Counted from the stretch's first letter, positions 9,622-19,241 are shown. The stretch is DNA of 64,000 bases from Planctomycetota bacterium (GCA_031409275.1 JANNXA010000036.1:1-64000); one strand, 5' to 3'. Translations and numbers: made by a program. The notes: a model not told the origin generated them from the sequence alone.

Positions 9622-11588
9622 CGCTCCTCCCCAACCGCTGGCGAAATTAGCAGTTCGGGTTCGGGTTCGGCCAGGGGCGCCGCGGGGGCACGCGCGGCGG
9701 CGGCGAGCCCTTCGGGATCGGTCGCGAGGACCTCTTCCGGACGATCGCGCGGAACGTCGAAGCGTTCGAGCAGCGCGCCCATCACCGCGCCGGCGACTTT
9801 GCCGGCGTTGTCGGAGGCGAAGCGACCCCGGCGCGGATGGTGCAGGACGGTCAATACCAGGAAGCGCGGCGCCGAGACCGGCGCGAAGCACCAGTAGGAG
9901 GAGATGGAGATCTCGTGGCGGCGCTCGTCCTGCGCGGTGCCCGTCTTCCCACCCATCGACCAGCCGCGCGGCTTCCAGCGCTTGGTCGCGCCGTCGTCGA
10001 CGACGTGCTGGAGCATTCCGCGCACGCTCGCCGCAGTCTTTGGCGAGAAGACGACGCGATCGCCGCCGGGCAGCGTTGGAACGGGCTCGAAACCGGAGTC
10101 GCCTTCGACGGCGCGCACCAGACGCGGCGCGCGCCAGATGCCGCCATTGGCGACCGCAGCGCATGCCGTGGCCATCTGCAGGCTGGTGACCAGGATCTGC
10201 TGGCCGAAGGAGAGCGAGGCGAGGGTGTAGTTGCGGTCCATCGAGGCGAGCGGAGGAACGATTCCATTCTCCTCCCCCTCGAAGCCGCCGACGCGAATGC
10301 CGAATCCGAGGCGGCGCAAGTGGTCGAGGACCGGCTGGAACGCGGGCGCACCGCGCTTCGCGTCGGTGGGCACCAGCGAGAGCACGAGCTTCGACATGCC
10401 GATGTTCGACGACTCGACCAGCACCTGGGTCGTGGTGAGCAGCGACTTCGGATGGACGTCGTGGATCACGCGACTGCCGAACGCGGCCGCACCGTTCTGG
10501 CAATCGACCATGGTGTCGGGCGTCGCCTTGCCGCTTTCGAGGACGAGCCCGAGCATGAACGGCTTGAAGGACGAACCAGGCGGGTAGACGCGGTGGACCA
10601 CGAGGGCCTGATGGCGGGCGAGGATGCTCTCGTTGGCGGCGGTGACGCGCGCGCGCTCCTCCTTCGTGGCGTTGGCCGCGATCGCGGCGAGGCGCGGCAT
10701 CGGGGCGGAAGGCGTCGGCCGCTGCCCGACCGCCAGCACGTCGCTCGTCGCCGGATCGAGCACGATGACTTGCGCCCAGTCGGGCGTGAACTCCTCCATC
10801 GCCGCGTCGAGTTGCTCCTCGACAGCGATCTGGGCGAGCGGTTCGAGGGTGAGCTGCACGTCGTGACCATCGCGCCACGGCGTCGTCGGCAGCGCGGGGT
10901 CGATCATCTCGGTCTGGCGGCCGTCGCGTTGGACGAGCCGTTGCCCGCGGGTCGGAGTCAATGCCGCGTCGCAGCGCTCCTCGAGGCCGGCGACACCGAC
11001 GAAGCTCCCGGCATCGGGCGCCGCGGTGGCCCCGTCCGCGTCGGTCGCCGTCGCCGTCGCGGTCCATCCGACCCAGCCCAGCAGCGGCGCGAAGAGGCTG
11101 CCGCGCGGGTACTCGCGCACGAATCGCGTTTCGAGTCGCAGCGCACGGAAACCAGGTTTCTTGGCAAGTTTGCGCAGATCGGCGATGACGCCGGGATCCC
11201 GCACACCGCGGGCGAGCAGCACCCACTGATCGGGCTTGTCGAGCGTCTTCCGGGTCGCCGCCGGATCGGCGCCGACGAGTCGTGCCAGCTTGTCCGCGAG
11301 CAAGGCGGGATAGTCGTGGCGCGACGTGGCCGCGATGCCGCTGGTCCAGACGCGCAGGTCGACCTCGCGCACCGACGTCGCGAGCACGCCGCCTCGGGCG
11401 TCGAGCAGATCGCCGCGCCGTCCCACCTCTTCGATCGCGAAGGCGCGCCATGCAGCGACCGATGCTGGATCTCGCTGACGGCTGATCTGGAGCCAGAAGA
11501 GCCGCGCCCCTGCCGACGCGAGCAGCACGCATGCGAGCGCGAGGACGAACACCGAGCGATAGCGAGCCCGCTGCAGAAGTGTGCGCAC
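9618..11588 (-). CDS. ftsI: Class B penicillin-binding protein (FtsI/PBP3-like transpeptidase)
   Basis: N-terminal TM, RGDLLDARG, REYPRG and GLE motifs; intact SxxK (SSFK), SxN (SSN) and KTG; dcw position. Confidence 0.88.
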   Translation of the reverse strand: MRTLLQRARYRSVFVLALACVLLASAGARLFWLQISRQRDPASVAAWRAFAIEEVGRRGDLLDARGGVLATSVREVDLRVWTSGIAATSRHDYPALLADKLARLVGADPAATRKTLDKPDQWVLLARGVRDPGVIADLRKLAKKPGFRALRLETRFVREYPRGSLFAPLLGWVGWTATATATDADGATAAPDAGSFVGVAGLEERCDAALTPTRGQRLVQRDGRQTEMIDPALPTTPWRDGHDVQLTLEPLAQIAVEEQLDAAMEEFTPDWAQVIVLDPATSDVLAVGQRPTPSAPMPRLAAIAANATKEERARVTAANESILARHQALVVHRVYPPGSSFKPFMLGLVLESGKATPDTMVDCQNGAAAFGSRVIHDVHPKSLLTTTQVLVESSNIGMSKLVLSLVPTDAKRGAPAFQPVLDHLRRLGFGIRVGGFEGEENGIVPPLASMDRNYTLASLSFGQQILVTSLQMATACAAVANGGIWRAPRLVRAVEGDSGFEPVPTLPGGDRVVFSPKTAASVRGMLQHVVDDGATKRWKPRGWSMGGKTGTAQDERRHEISISSYWCFAPVSAPRFLVLTVLHHPRRGRFASDNAGKVAGAVMGALLERFDVPRDRPEEVLATDPEGLAAAARAPAAPLAEPEPELLISPAVGEER

Positions 11589-11639
11589 GGCGACTTCCCC
11601 CCTCTTCGCACGCGGCAGCCCACCGATCGCGGCGCCGTC

Positions 11640-11927
11640 CTAGAGCCTCGCCAGAACCTCACCCGGACCGGCCAGTGTCAGCGCCTGCAGTCCGAGGCGG
11701 CGACGCTCGCGCAACTGTTCGACCGCGGCCGTGACGCGTTCGGGCGTGAATCGCGCCAGCACCCGCAAACGAACCGCGTCGACGGCTTCCTCGCCCTCGA
11801 CGATCGCCTCGTACGCACGCGCCAGTTCATAGGCCCGCAGCCGCGTGCGCACCTGAAGATCGACAGTGGTGCCAGCGACGGCGACCGTCGTTCCAAGCGC
11901 CATCAACATCAGGGCCTTGTGAATCAC
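11640..11927 (-). CDS. Small membrane/coiled-coil protein, positional FtsL-like
   Basis: 95 aa, hydrophobic N-terminus, helical region, PERV resembling the FtsL P-x-R-I motif; lies between rsmH and ftsI. Confidence 0.6.
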   Translation of the reverse strand: MIHKALMLMALGTTVAVAGTTVDLQVRTRLRAYELARAYEAIVEGEEAVDAVRLRVLARFTPERVTAAVEQLRERRRLGLQALTLAGPGEVLARL

Positions 11928-12069
11928 CGCGCTTCCGTCATCCAGGTTTCAAAACGGATCCGGGTCGCGGGCATGGCGCCGCGCCGAGGGCGATCCAAGG
12001 ATTCGCCGTCCGCAGCCGAATCCCCGGTTCGACGGGGCTCCATGCCCGCTCCCGAATTCATCCGTCGTT

Positions 12070-12993
12070 TCACATCGTCGCAGCCGCGCCGTCGGCCAAT
12101 CGACGCGCGGCGCGCAGCTTTGCGCTGCGTGCCCGCGGGTTGGCCTCCACCTCTGCCGGCCCCGGCTCCACCACCTTGCGCGTCAGCAGCTCGAACTGCC
12201 CCGCCGCCGCCTGTGCGCGCAGGCTTCGCTTCACCACCCGGTCCTCGCCGCTGTGGAACGAGAGGACCACCAGCCGACCGTCGGGCGCGAGCCAACGCCC
12301 CGCTTTCGCGAGGACCCGCTCGAGTCCGCCGATCTCGTCGTTCACCGCCATTCGCAAAGCCTGGAACGTGCGAGTCGCCGGGTGGATCCGGCTGCCACGC
12401 CGACCACCGACCGCCCGCTCGACCAGGTCGGCGAGCTCGAGCGTGCGGCGGACTGGCGCATGCCGACGGCGCTCGACGAGAGCCCTCGCGATCGCTCGCG
12501 AGCGCGTCTCATCGCCGAAGCGGAACAGGAGGTCCGCGAGCTCCCGCTCCGAAACGCGGCCGAGCAACTCGGCCGCCGTCTCTCCGACGCTTCGGTCCAT
12601 CCGCATGTCCAGGCTGCCATCGCGCTCGAAGCTCAGCCCGCGTACCGGATCATCGAGCTGCAGCGACGAGATGCCGAGGTCGAGGAGGACGCCCTGGCAG
12701 GCTCCCTCGAAACCGGTCACCCCCACTGCAGCCGCCGCCTCGTCCGCGCGATCGAACGGCGCGTGCAGCGCCATGAACCGCTCGCCGAAGCTGGCCAACC
12801 GCTCCGCCGTCTGCGCGAGCGTCGAGGCATCTCGATCGACCCCGATCACGCGCACCGTCGGCGCACGCTCGAGGATCTTCCGCGCGTGACCTCCCCCGCC
12901 GAGGGTCAGGTCCAGGTATCGCCCACCCGGCCGCAGGTCGAGGAAGTGCAGGATCTCCTCGACCAGGACCGGAACGTGGCGCGTCTCACCCAC
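12070..12993 (-). CDS. rsmH: 16S rRNA m4C1402 methyltransferase
   Basis: HVPVL, DLTLGGGGH, DLGISSLQLD, LDMRMD, HPATRTFQALR, SFHSGED and NPRARSAKLR motifs. Confidence 0.96.
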   Translation of the reverse strand: MGETRHVPVLVEEILHFLDLRPGGRYLDLTLGGGGHARKILERAPTVRVIGVDRDASTLAQTAERLASFGERFMALHAPFDRADEAAAAVGVTGFEGACQGVLLDLGISSLQLDDPVRGLSFERDGSLDMRMDRSVGETAAELLGRVSERELADLLFRFGDETRSRAIARALVERRRHAPVRRTLELADLVERAVGGRRGSRIHPATRTFQALRMAVNDEIGGLERVLAKAGRWLAPDGRLVVLSFHSGEDRVVKRSLRAQAAAGQFELLTRKVVEPGPAEVEANPRARSAKLRAARRLADGAAATM

Positions 12994-13034
12994 CCGGACT
13001 CGCCCCTCTCCGCGTCCGACTCTTCCTGTCGGCG

Positions 13035-13475
13035 TCACGCACGGAAGATCCCCTTCGCGTGCTCTTCGTATCGCACTCCGTTGCGGCCGTCCTGCGCCTC
13101 CCAGCGCTCCGGCGACCACAGCTCGAGCCGAGTGTCGACACCCACGAACAGGGCGTCGTTGCCGATGGCGGCGAAATCCCGCAACTCCTTGGGCAGGAGA
13201 ACGCGACCCGCCGCATCGACCTCGAGCTCGCGCGTCGAGGCAAAGAACTTCCGCGAGAAGGCGCGAGCCTCCTCGCTGCCAAGCGAGTTGGATCGGACCT
13301 GCGCGACCACGGCGTCCCACTCTTCCGGGGGGAAGAGGAAGACGCAGCCATCGAGGCCTTGGGTCGCGAAGAACATCCGGGACTCGGTCGGCGCGCGAAA
13401 GTGATCGAGGAACTTCCTCGGGACGTTCAGCCGCCCCTTGGCATCGATCGTGTGCTTGTAGGACCCGACGAACAC
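13035..13475 (-). CDS. mraZ: dcw transcriptional repressor MraZ
   Basis: FVGSYKHTIDAKGRL, DAAGRVLLP and ELWS motifs; first gene of the dcw operon. Confidence 0.95.
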   Translation of the reverse strand: MFVGSYKHTIDAKGRLNVPRKFLDHFRAPTESRMFFATQGLDGCVFLFPPEEWDAVVAQVRSNSLGSEEARAFSRKFFASTRELEVDAAGRVLLPKELRDFAAIGNDALFVGVDTRLELWSPERWEAQDGRNGVRYEEHAKGIFRA

Positions 13476-13537
13476 CAGGAACCCTCGCACTCGAAGCGGT
13501 TCGACCACCACCCCCGCGCTTCACCCTGACGCGTGGA

Positions 13538-13590
13538 ATCCTAACCCACTTCAACCCACTCGCAACCAGTTTTCGACTTTTTTCGACTTT
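13538..13590 (-). promoter_or_regulatory. Putative sigma70 promoter of the dcw operon with MraZ boxes
   Basis: Minus-strand TTGCGA(13565-13560)-16 bp-TAGGAT(13543-13538). Two GTGGG repeats 10 bp apart lie in the spacer; an A-rich tandem repeat lies upstream. Confidence 0.7.
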
Positions 13591-13786
13591 TCTTGTGGAA
13601 TTCCAGGTTTCGCCACCCCACCCGAATAGTGCTTATTTCGCACGCATCGTTGGGGTGCTCGAAGGAGCAGCAGGGACACGAACGAACCGCGATCAACGCG
13701 CTGGACAGCGCGGCGCGAAAAGGCGACTCGGCGCCTTGCTCGACTCGAGGGAATGAACGCTCGTCCGCGTGCCCGCCGGCGCGGCT

Positions 13787-14323
13787 TCAGGTTTCGGCGG
13801 CGGTGGCAGCGTCCGTCGTGGCAGGCATTTCCGCTTCGTCGATGCTGCCGTCGATCAACTCTTCGAGACGGTGTCGCAGCGGCGGCACATCCGCCGGCGT
13901 CAGCAACGGCGCTGGAGCCAGGTACCACTGTTCCGTCGGACCGGGCCGACGCAACCGCAGACACTCCTTGCCGTCCTCGTTCACCAGATCGACGAGCTTG
14001 AGGTAGCGCTTGCGGACCAGCAGCAGCGTGATCAGGTAGAGCAGCGATTCGCTGTCGCGCGGCGGCGCCTTCTGCCAGGCCTCGAAGACGCGCAGCAGGC
14101 GATCGAAGTCGACCTTCTTCTTCTTCGGCGCGTGCTGCTGGAAGTGCGTCTCCCACCAGACGATCGTGACCGCATCGGCTGGCTTGCACGCAGAGCAGAG
14201 GTCGCGGCGGACCGCGCGCTCCTCGGCGTCGAGCGTGATCGCCGAGATCACACGCTCCTCGTGGGCGAAGACCTTCGCGCAGGTGGCGCAGCGATCACGG
14301 ATTCGGTCGATCTTCCAGTCCAT
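13787..14323 (-). CDS. Hypothetical protein with CxxC...CxxC Zn-finger
   Basis: MDWKIDRIRDRCATC...RRDLCSAC...LLYLITLLLVRKRYLK; typical codon usage; starts 7 nt after the upstream gene's stop. Confidence 0.8.
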   Translation of the reverse strand: MDWKIDRIRDRCATCAKVFAHEERVISAITLDAEERAVRRDLCSACKPADAVTIVWWETHFQQHAPKKKKVDFDRLLRVFEAWQKAPPRDSESLLYLITLLLVRKRYLKLVDLVNEDGKECLRLRRPGPTEQWYLAPAPLLTPADVPPLRHRLEELIDGSIDEAEMPATTDAATAAET

Positions 14324-14330
14324 CGTCGTT

Positions 14331-15521
14331 TCACTCGCCTCGCCAACGCTCATCGAGCAGCGCACGCCATCCCGCGGGGTTGATCTTCTTCGGGGTCGCT
14401 CGCAGGTTCACCGCCAGGATGCGCAGGATCTCGCTCACGAGTCCGGCAGCGCGCCCGTCGCGAACCTGCAGACGATTGGCGCGATCGAGCGCATCCACCA
14501 ACGCGTACTGCGCGGCACGCGTCTCGCAGTTGAGCAGCGACTGCGCCGCCTTGCCGACCACGTCGACTTCCGGGTCCTGCAGCGCCGCGATCAAAGCCGC
14601 CTCGACGGCCGGTTCGAAGCTGTAGAGCGAGAGCGCTTCGGCGGCCGCGACGCGCACCGCGCGCTCCGGATCGCGAGTCAGGAAGTGGATCACATCAGCG
14701 AGCGGGACGGAGTTGCCGCTGATGTCGCCATTCTCGGTCAGCGAGCGCACCGCCTGCGCGCGGACGAATCCATCGGGGTCGCCGACGGCCGCGGCCAGCG
14801 CCGGTCGCGACCGCGGGTCGGAGGTGCGCCGTCGCAGCAGTTCCGCCGCGACTCCGCGCACCTGCCAATCGGGATCCTCCCTGAGTCGTGCGCACAGGAC
14901 CTCCCCGACCCGTGGGTCGTCGAGGGTCGCCAATCCGCGCAGCGCTTCGGTACGAACCTGCAGCGCGAGACGCCCCTGCGTCGGGGCCAGCGACAGCCCG
15001 GCAAGCTCCTCGAATGCATGCAGTTCGACCAGGCCGTTGGTGATGCGCTCGATCACGACGCCATCGACGCGCTCGCGAGCCCCCAGGCCGCGCAGCCCCT
15101 CCACCAGCGGCGCGATCGCTTCCGATCCGAACCAGGTCAGCTCGCGGCGAGCTCGCGCCGAGCGGAACGACGTGCCATTGCCGCGGCCGGCCGAGTCATC
15201 CGCCATCAGCTCCCGCAGCAGGTTGTCGAGCAGCAGCTGGCGCTCGGAGGGCGGTCCCGCGAGCCATCGCTCGCGCGCCGCCGGCCACTGCTCGTCCTCG
15301 CGCAGATAGAGCTGCCACTCCTTGGCGAGCACTTCATTCGCGCGCCGATCGAGCGGCGCGGCGGCGGGATCTGCCGCGCAGCCGGGCCCGGTGGCGGCGC
15401 CGAACAGGAGGGCGAGGAAGGCGATGCCACGGACGCCCCGATCGAGGGCGCCGAGGCGCGCGTCCACTTTGCGTCTCGAGAGCATCCTGGGAGTTCTCCC
15501 CGATCGCGCCGGGCTGGGCAA
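14331..15521 (-). CDS. HEAT-repeat exported protein (possible lipoprotein); true start probably further downstream
   Basis: Hydrophobic segment IAFLALLFGAATGPGC; HEAT repeats DPDWQVRGVAAELL, DPDGFVRAQAVRSL, DPERAVRVAAAEAL and DPEVDVVGKAAQSL. Confidence 0.8.
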   Translation of the reverse strand: MPSPARSGRTPRMLSRRKVDARLGALDRGVRGIAFLALLFGAATGPGCAADPAAAPLDRRANEVLAKEWQLYLREDEQWPAARERWLAGPPSERQLLLDNLLRELMADDSAGRGNGTSFRSARARRELTWFGSEAIAPLVEGLRGLGARERVDGVVIERITNGLVELHAFEELAGLSLAPTQGRLALQVRTEALRGLATLDDPRVGEVLCARLREDPDWQVRGVAAELLRRRTSDPRSRPALAAAVGDPDGFVRAQAVRSLTENGDISGNSVPLADVIHFLTRDPERAVRVAAAEALSLYSFEPAVEAALIAALQDPEVDVVGKAAQSLLNCETRAAQYALVDALDRANRLQVRDGRAAGLVSEILRILAVNLRATPKKINPAGWRALLDERWRGE

Positions 15522-15631
15522 GGGTTCGGTCGAGCGCGCGTTGCTCGACCGGCGCGTGGCACGATAGAAGGCGCGCGGTGAGTTGCGGTCGGCGCGGCGC
15601 GATCGCGGTTGGCCACCTGGGGAGAAGCCGC

Positions 15632-18600
15632 TTGGCGACGCGAAACCGCTGCGTCCATCTGCATGTCCACAGTCACTTCTCGTTGCTCGACGGCAACCCG
15701 ACGATCCAAGGGCTCGTCGAATCGGCGAAGCGCGAAGGAATGGACGCGCTCGCGCTCACCGACCACGGCAACCTCTACGGTGCCGTCGAGTTCATGCGCG
15801 AGGCGAAGGCGGCCGGCATCAAGCCGATCCCGGGCATCGAGGCCTACGTCGCGCGCAAGAGCCGCAAGGAGAAGAGCGGCGGCGACAGCGGGAACTTCAC
15901 CGACCACTTGACCCTGCTGGCTTCCAGCAAGGAGGGCTGGCAGAACTTGATGAAGCTGACGAGCTTCAGCTACATCGAGGGCTTCTATCGCAAGCCGCGC
16001 ATCGACAAGGAGCTGTTGGCGCAGCACAGCAAAGGGCTGATCGCGCTATCGGGATGCCTTTCCGGCGAGATCGCGCGCTGCGTGCAGCACGCCGACCGCA
16101 AGGACGCCGTCGCTGCGGCGCGGCGCTGGCAGGAGATCTTCGAGCCCGGGAGCTTCTACCTCGAGGTCATGAACAACGGCCTCGAGCGCCAGAACCTCGT
16201 GCGTACCGCGCTGCGCGACATCGCCGCCGAGACCGGCCTGCCGATCGTCGGCACCTCCGACGTCCACTACCTGCGCCGCGAAGATGCGCGCGCCCAGGAG
16301 GTGATGCTGGCGATCAACACCGGCAACACGATGCAGGACACCGACCGCATGCGGATGGAGACCGACCGTTTCCATTTCCGCACCGCCGAGGAGATGGCCG
16401 AAGCGTTCGCGGACACGCCCGGCGCCATCGAGCGCACCGGCGAGATCGCCGACCGCTGCAACTTCCAGCTGAAGCTCGGCGAGATGCACCTGCCGACGTT
16501 CGTGACGCCGGACGGGACGTCCCCGGACGAGTACTTCCGCAAGCTCTGCGAGGAAGGCGCCCGCCGTCGCTACCCGGTCATCGACGAGAAGGTGCGCGCG
16601 CGCCTCGAGCGCGAGATCGAAGTCATCAAGCAGATGGGCTTCGTCTCGTACTTCCTGATCGTCTACGACTTCATCCGCTACGCACGCGAAGCGGGCGTGC
16701 CGGTCGGCCCCGGCCGCGGCTCGGCTGCAGGCAGCATCGTCGCCTACTGCCTCGGGATCACGAACGTCGATCCGCTGCGCTACGACCTGCTCTTCGAGCG
16801 CTTCCTCAACTCGTCGCGCATCTCGATGCCCGACATCGACGTCGACTTCTGCCGCGACGGACGCGCGAAGGTGATCGACTACGTCAAGCAGCGCTACGGC
16901 AGCGAGCGCGTCTCGCAGATCGTCACGTTCGGGACGATGGCGGCGAAGGCGGCGATCCGTGACGCGGGCCGTGTCTTGGGCATCGAGTTGCGCGACGTCG
17001 ACCGCATCGCGAAGAAGATCCCGACGACCCCCGGCACCGAGCTCGAGAAAGCGCTCGCCGATCCTGAACTCGCCGCGATCCGCGACGAGGACGCGCGCTT
17101 CGCCGAGCTCTTCGACGTGGCGCAGAAGATCGAGGGATTGAACCGGCACGCTTCCACGCACGCGGCCGGCGTCGTCATCGGCGACCAGTCCCTGATGGAG
17201 ATCGTGCCGCTGTGCACGGTCCAGGGCGAAGTGAACACGCAGTTCGGCATGAACGACCTCGAGTCGCTCGGCCTGCTCAAGATGGACTTCCTGGGGTTGA
17301 AGACCCTCACCATCCTCGACCAGGCGCGACAGATGCTGGCGCGCAATCGCGGCGTGGAGCTCTCCTTCGAGGCGCTGCCGCTCGACGACAAGAAGACCTT
17401 CGACCTGCTGCAGCGCGGCGACACCAGCGCCGTTTTCCAGCTCGAGTCCAGCGGCATGAAGGAGCTGCTGGTCAAGATGCGCCCCGACTGCTTCGAGGAC
17501 ATCATCGCGGTGCTCGCGCTCTACCGGCCGGGACCGCTCGGCTCCGGGATGGTCGATTCCTACGTCAATCGCAAGCGCGGCACCGAGCCGGTGCGATACG
17601 CCCACCCGAAGCTCGAGGAGATCCTGCGCGAGACGCAAGGGATCATGGTGTACCAGGAACAGGTGATGCGAATCACCAACGTCCTGGCCGGCTTCACGCT
17701 GGACGAAGCCGACACGCTGCGCAAGGCGATGAGCAAGAAGAAGCCGGAGGTGATGGCGAAGTACAAGGCGAAGTTCGTCGACGGCGCGGCCGAGCGGGAC
17801 TGCGCGCGCGACGTCGCCACCGCCATCTGGGAGCAGATGGAGTTCTTCGCCGGCTACGGCTTCAACAAGAGCCACTCGACGGCGTACGGCCTCGTCACCT
17901 GGTGGACCGCGTGGCTCAAAGCCAACTATCCGCACGAGTTCTGGGCGGCGGTCATCACCTGCGATTCGGCCAACAGCGAGAAGGTCGCGGCCTACCTCGG
18001 CGAATGCCGCCGCGCGTCGATCGACGTGCTGCCACCGGACCTGCTGCAGTCGGAGCTCGCTTGCACCACGGACGGCAGCGTCGTCCGTCTCGGGCTCGGC
18101 AACGTGAAGGGAATCGGGCCGAAGGCGATCGAGGAGCTGATCGTCGCGCGCACGGCGCTTCGTGGCGCCGCCGACCTCGCCGCCATCCTCGATGCGCTGC
18201 CGCCGCAAGCCGTGAATCGCGCGGCGCTCGAAGCGCTGGCCCAGGCAGGCGCGCTCGACTGGACGGGCCACACGCGGGCGGCACTCGCCGCGGCGCTCGA
18301 CACCATGCTCCAGGAAGCGGCGACGGCGCAGCGCGATCGCAAAGCGGGTCAGAAGCAGCTGTTCGGACTCGGCGGCAAGACGCCGGTTGGCACGCCGTCG
18401 CGCAGCCGAATCGCGGCCGCGCCCGAATGGCCCGAGCGCGAGAAGCTGAGACTGGAGAAGGAGGCGCTGGGCTTCTACCTCTCGAGCAACCCGCTGGCGC
18501 GCTACGCCGACCTTCTCCGCCGCCACTGCACCGCGCGCATCGAAACGCTCGGCGACGTGCCAGACGGCGCCAACGTGACGGTCGGCGGCATCATCAGTTC

Positions 18601-19081
18601 GATCCGAGTCACGGTCGCCAAGCGCGGCAAGTCCGCCGGCAAGAAGATGGCGATCGTCGAGATCGCAGGGCTCGCGGGAAGCGCGACCGCACTGGTCTTC
18701 CCCGACGCCTACGAGCGCGCGAAGGAGTGCCTCGAGGAAGATCGCATCGTCCTGGTCACGGGCCAGCTCGACCTCGGCGCCGAGCGCCCCTCGATCAAGG
18801 CGAACGAGGTCAAGCCGCTCGACAGCGTGATGGGTGGCGCATCGGGCGGCCAGCTCACGATCGACCTGCCGGCCCGGCCTGCCGAAACGGTCCAGCTCGA
18901 TCGACTCGCGGCGATCCTCGGACGCCACCGCGGCAAGAGCCCGGTGTTCTTCCGGATCGCGCTGCCCGAGAAGGCACCGTTGATCTATCGCGTCGCGGAT
19001 GAGCATTTCGTGCAGATCAGCGACGACCTCGTCGAGGCGGTCGATGCCGAACTCGGTCCGGGCAGCGCCGCGATGCGCTGA
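15632..19081 (+). CDS. dnaE: DNA polymerase III alpha subunit
   Basis: PHP domain (HLHVHS, TDHGN), GRGSAAGS, PDIDVDF, LLKMDFLGL, FAGYGFNKSH and clamp motif QKQLF. TTG start after GGGGAG. Confidence 0.97.
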   Translation: MATRNRCVHLHVHSHFSLLDGNPTIQGLVESAKREGMDALALTDHGNLYGAVEFMREAKAAGIKPIPGIEAYVARKSRKEKSGGDSGNFTDHLTLLASSKEGWQNLMKLTSFSYIEGFYRKPRIDKELLAQHSKGLIALSGCLSGEIARCVQHADRKDAVAAARRWQEIFEPGSFYLEVMNNGLERQNLVRTALRDIAAETGLPIVGTSDVHYLRREDARAQEVMLAINTGNTMQDTDRMRMETDRFHFRTAEEMAEAFADTPGAIERTGEIADRCNFQLKLGEMHLPTFVTPDGTSPDEYFRKLCEEGARRRYPVIDEKVRARLEREIEVIKQMGFVSYFLIVYDFIRYAREAGVPVGPGRGSAAGSIVAYCLGITNVDPLRYDLLFERFLNSSRISMPDIDVDFCRDGRAKVIDYVKQRYGSERVSQIVTFGTMAAKAAIRDAGRVLGIELRDVDRIAKKIPTTPGTELEKALADPELAAIRDEDARFAELFDVAQKIEGLNRHASTHAAGVVIGDQSLMEIVPLCTVQGEVNTQFGMNDLESLGLLKMDFLGLKTLTILDQARQMLARNRGVELSFEALPLDDKKTFDLLQRGDTSAVFQLESSGMKELLVKMRPDCFEDIIAVLALYRPGPLGSGMVDSYVNRKRGTEPVRYAHPKLEEILRETQGIMVYQEQVMRITNVLAGFTLDEADTLRKAMSKKKPEVMAKYKAKFVDGAAERDCARDVATAIWEQMEFFAGYGFNKSHSTAYGLVTWWTAWLKANYPHEFWAAVITCDSANSEKVAAYLGECRRASIDVLPPDLLQSELACTTDGSVVRLGLGNVKGIGPKAIEELIVARTALRGAADLAAILDALPPQAVNRAALEALAQAGALDWTGHTRAALAAALDTMLQEAATAQRDRKAGQKQLFGLGGKTPVGTPSRSRIAAAPEWPEREKLRLEKEALGFYLSSNPLARYADLLRRHCTARIETLGDVPDGANVTVGGIISSIRVTVAKRGKSAGKKMAIVEIAGLAGSATALVFPDAYERAKECLEEDRIVLVTGQLDLGAERPSIKANEVKPLDSVMGGASGGQLTIDLPARPAETVQLDRLAAILGRHRGKSPVFFRIALPEKAPLIYRVADEHFVQISDDLVEAVDAELGPGSAAMR

Positions 19082-19241
19082 CCCGGAAACGGTCGCGCAT
19101 CAGCAGATTCAGCCTCGACCTCGGCCCCCGCCGCGACCGAGAAAGTCGGCCATCGCGAACCTTTCGCGGCGCTGCGATGAACGGCATCATGCGGCCCAGG
19201 CAGATGCGCGCCTCAGACCCCGGGAAAAGAGTGGCGAAGCG

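Noticed and set aside
8089..11532. Apparent 1147-aa MurE fusion
   Set aside because: The upstream part is an Arg-rich off-frame read of ftsI; the real start is the ATG at 9621 with GGAGGAG upstream.
11924..12295. ORF bridging rsmH and the ftsL-like gene
   Set aside because: Mostly off-frame within rsmH, low-complexity and without motifs. A ~45-codon remainder from 12061 cannot be supported.
13541..13590. Tandem 10-bp repeats as a CRISPR, iteron or origin element
   Set aside because: Too short, no spacers and no DnaA boxes; better explained as promoter/MraZ elements.
15541..15570. dnaE promoter (TTGCTC...TAGAAG)
   Set aside because: The -10 match is poor and the spacing ambiguous.
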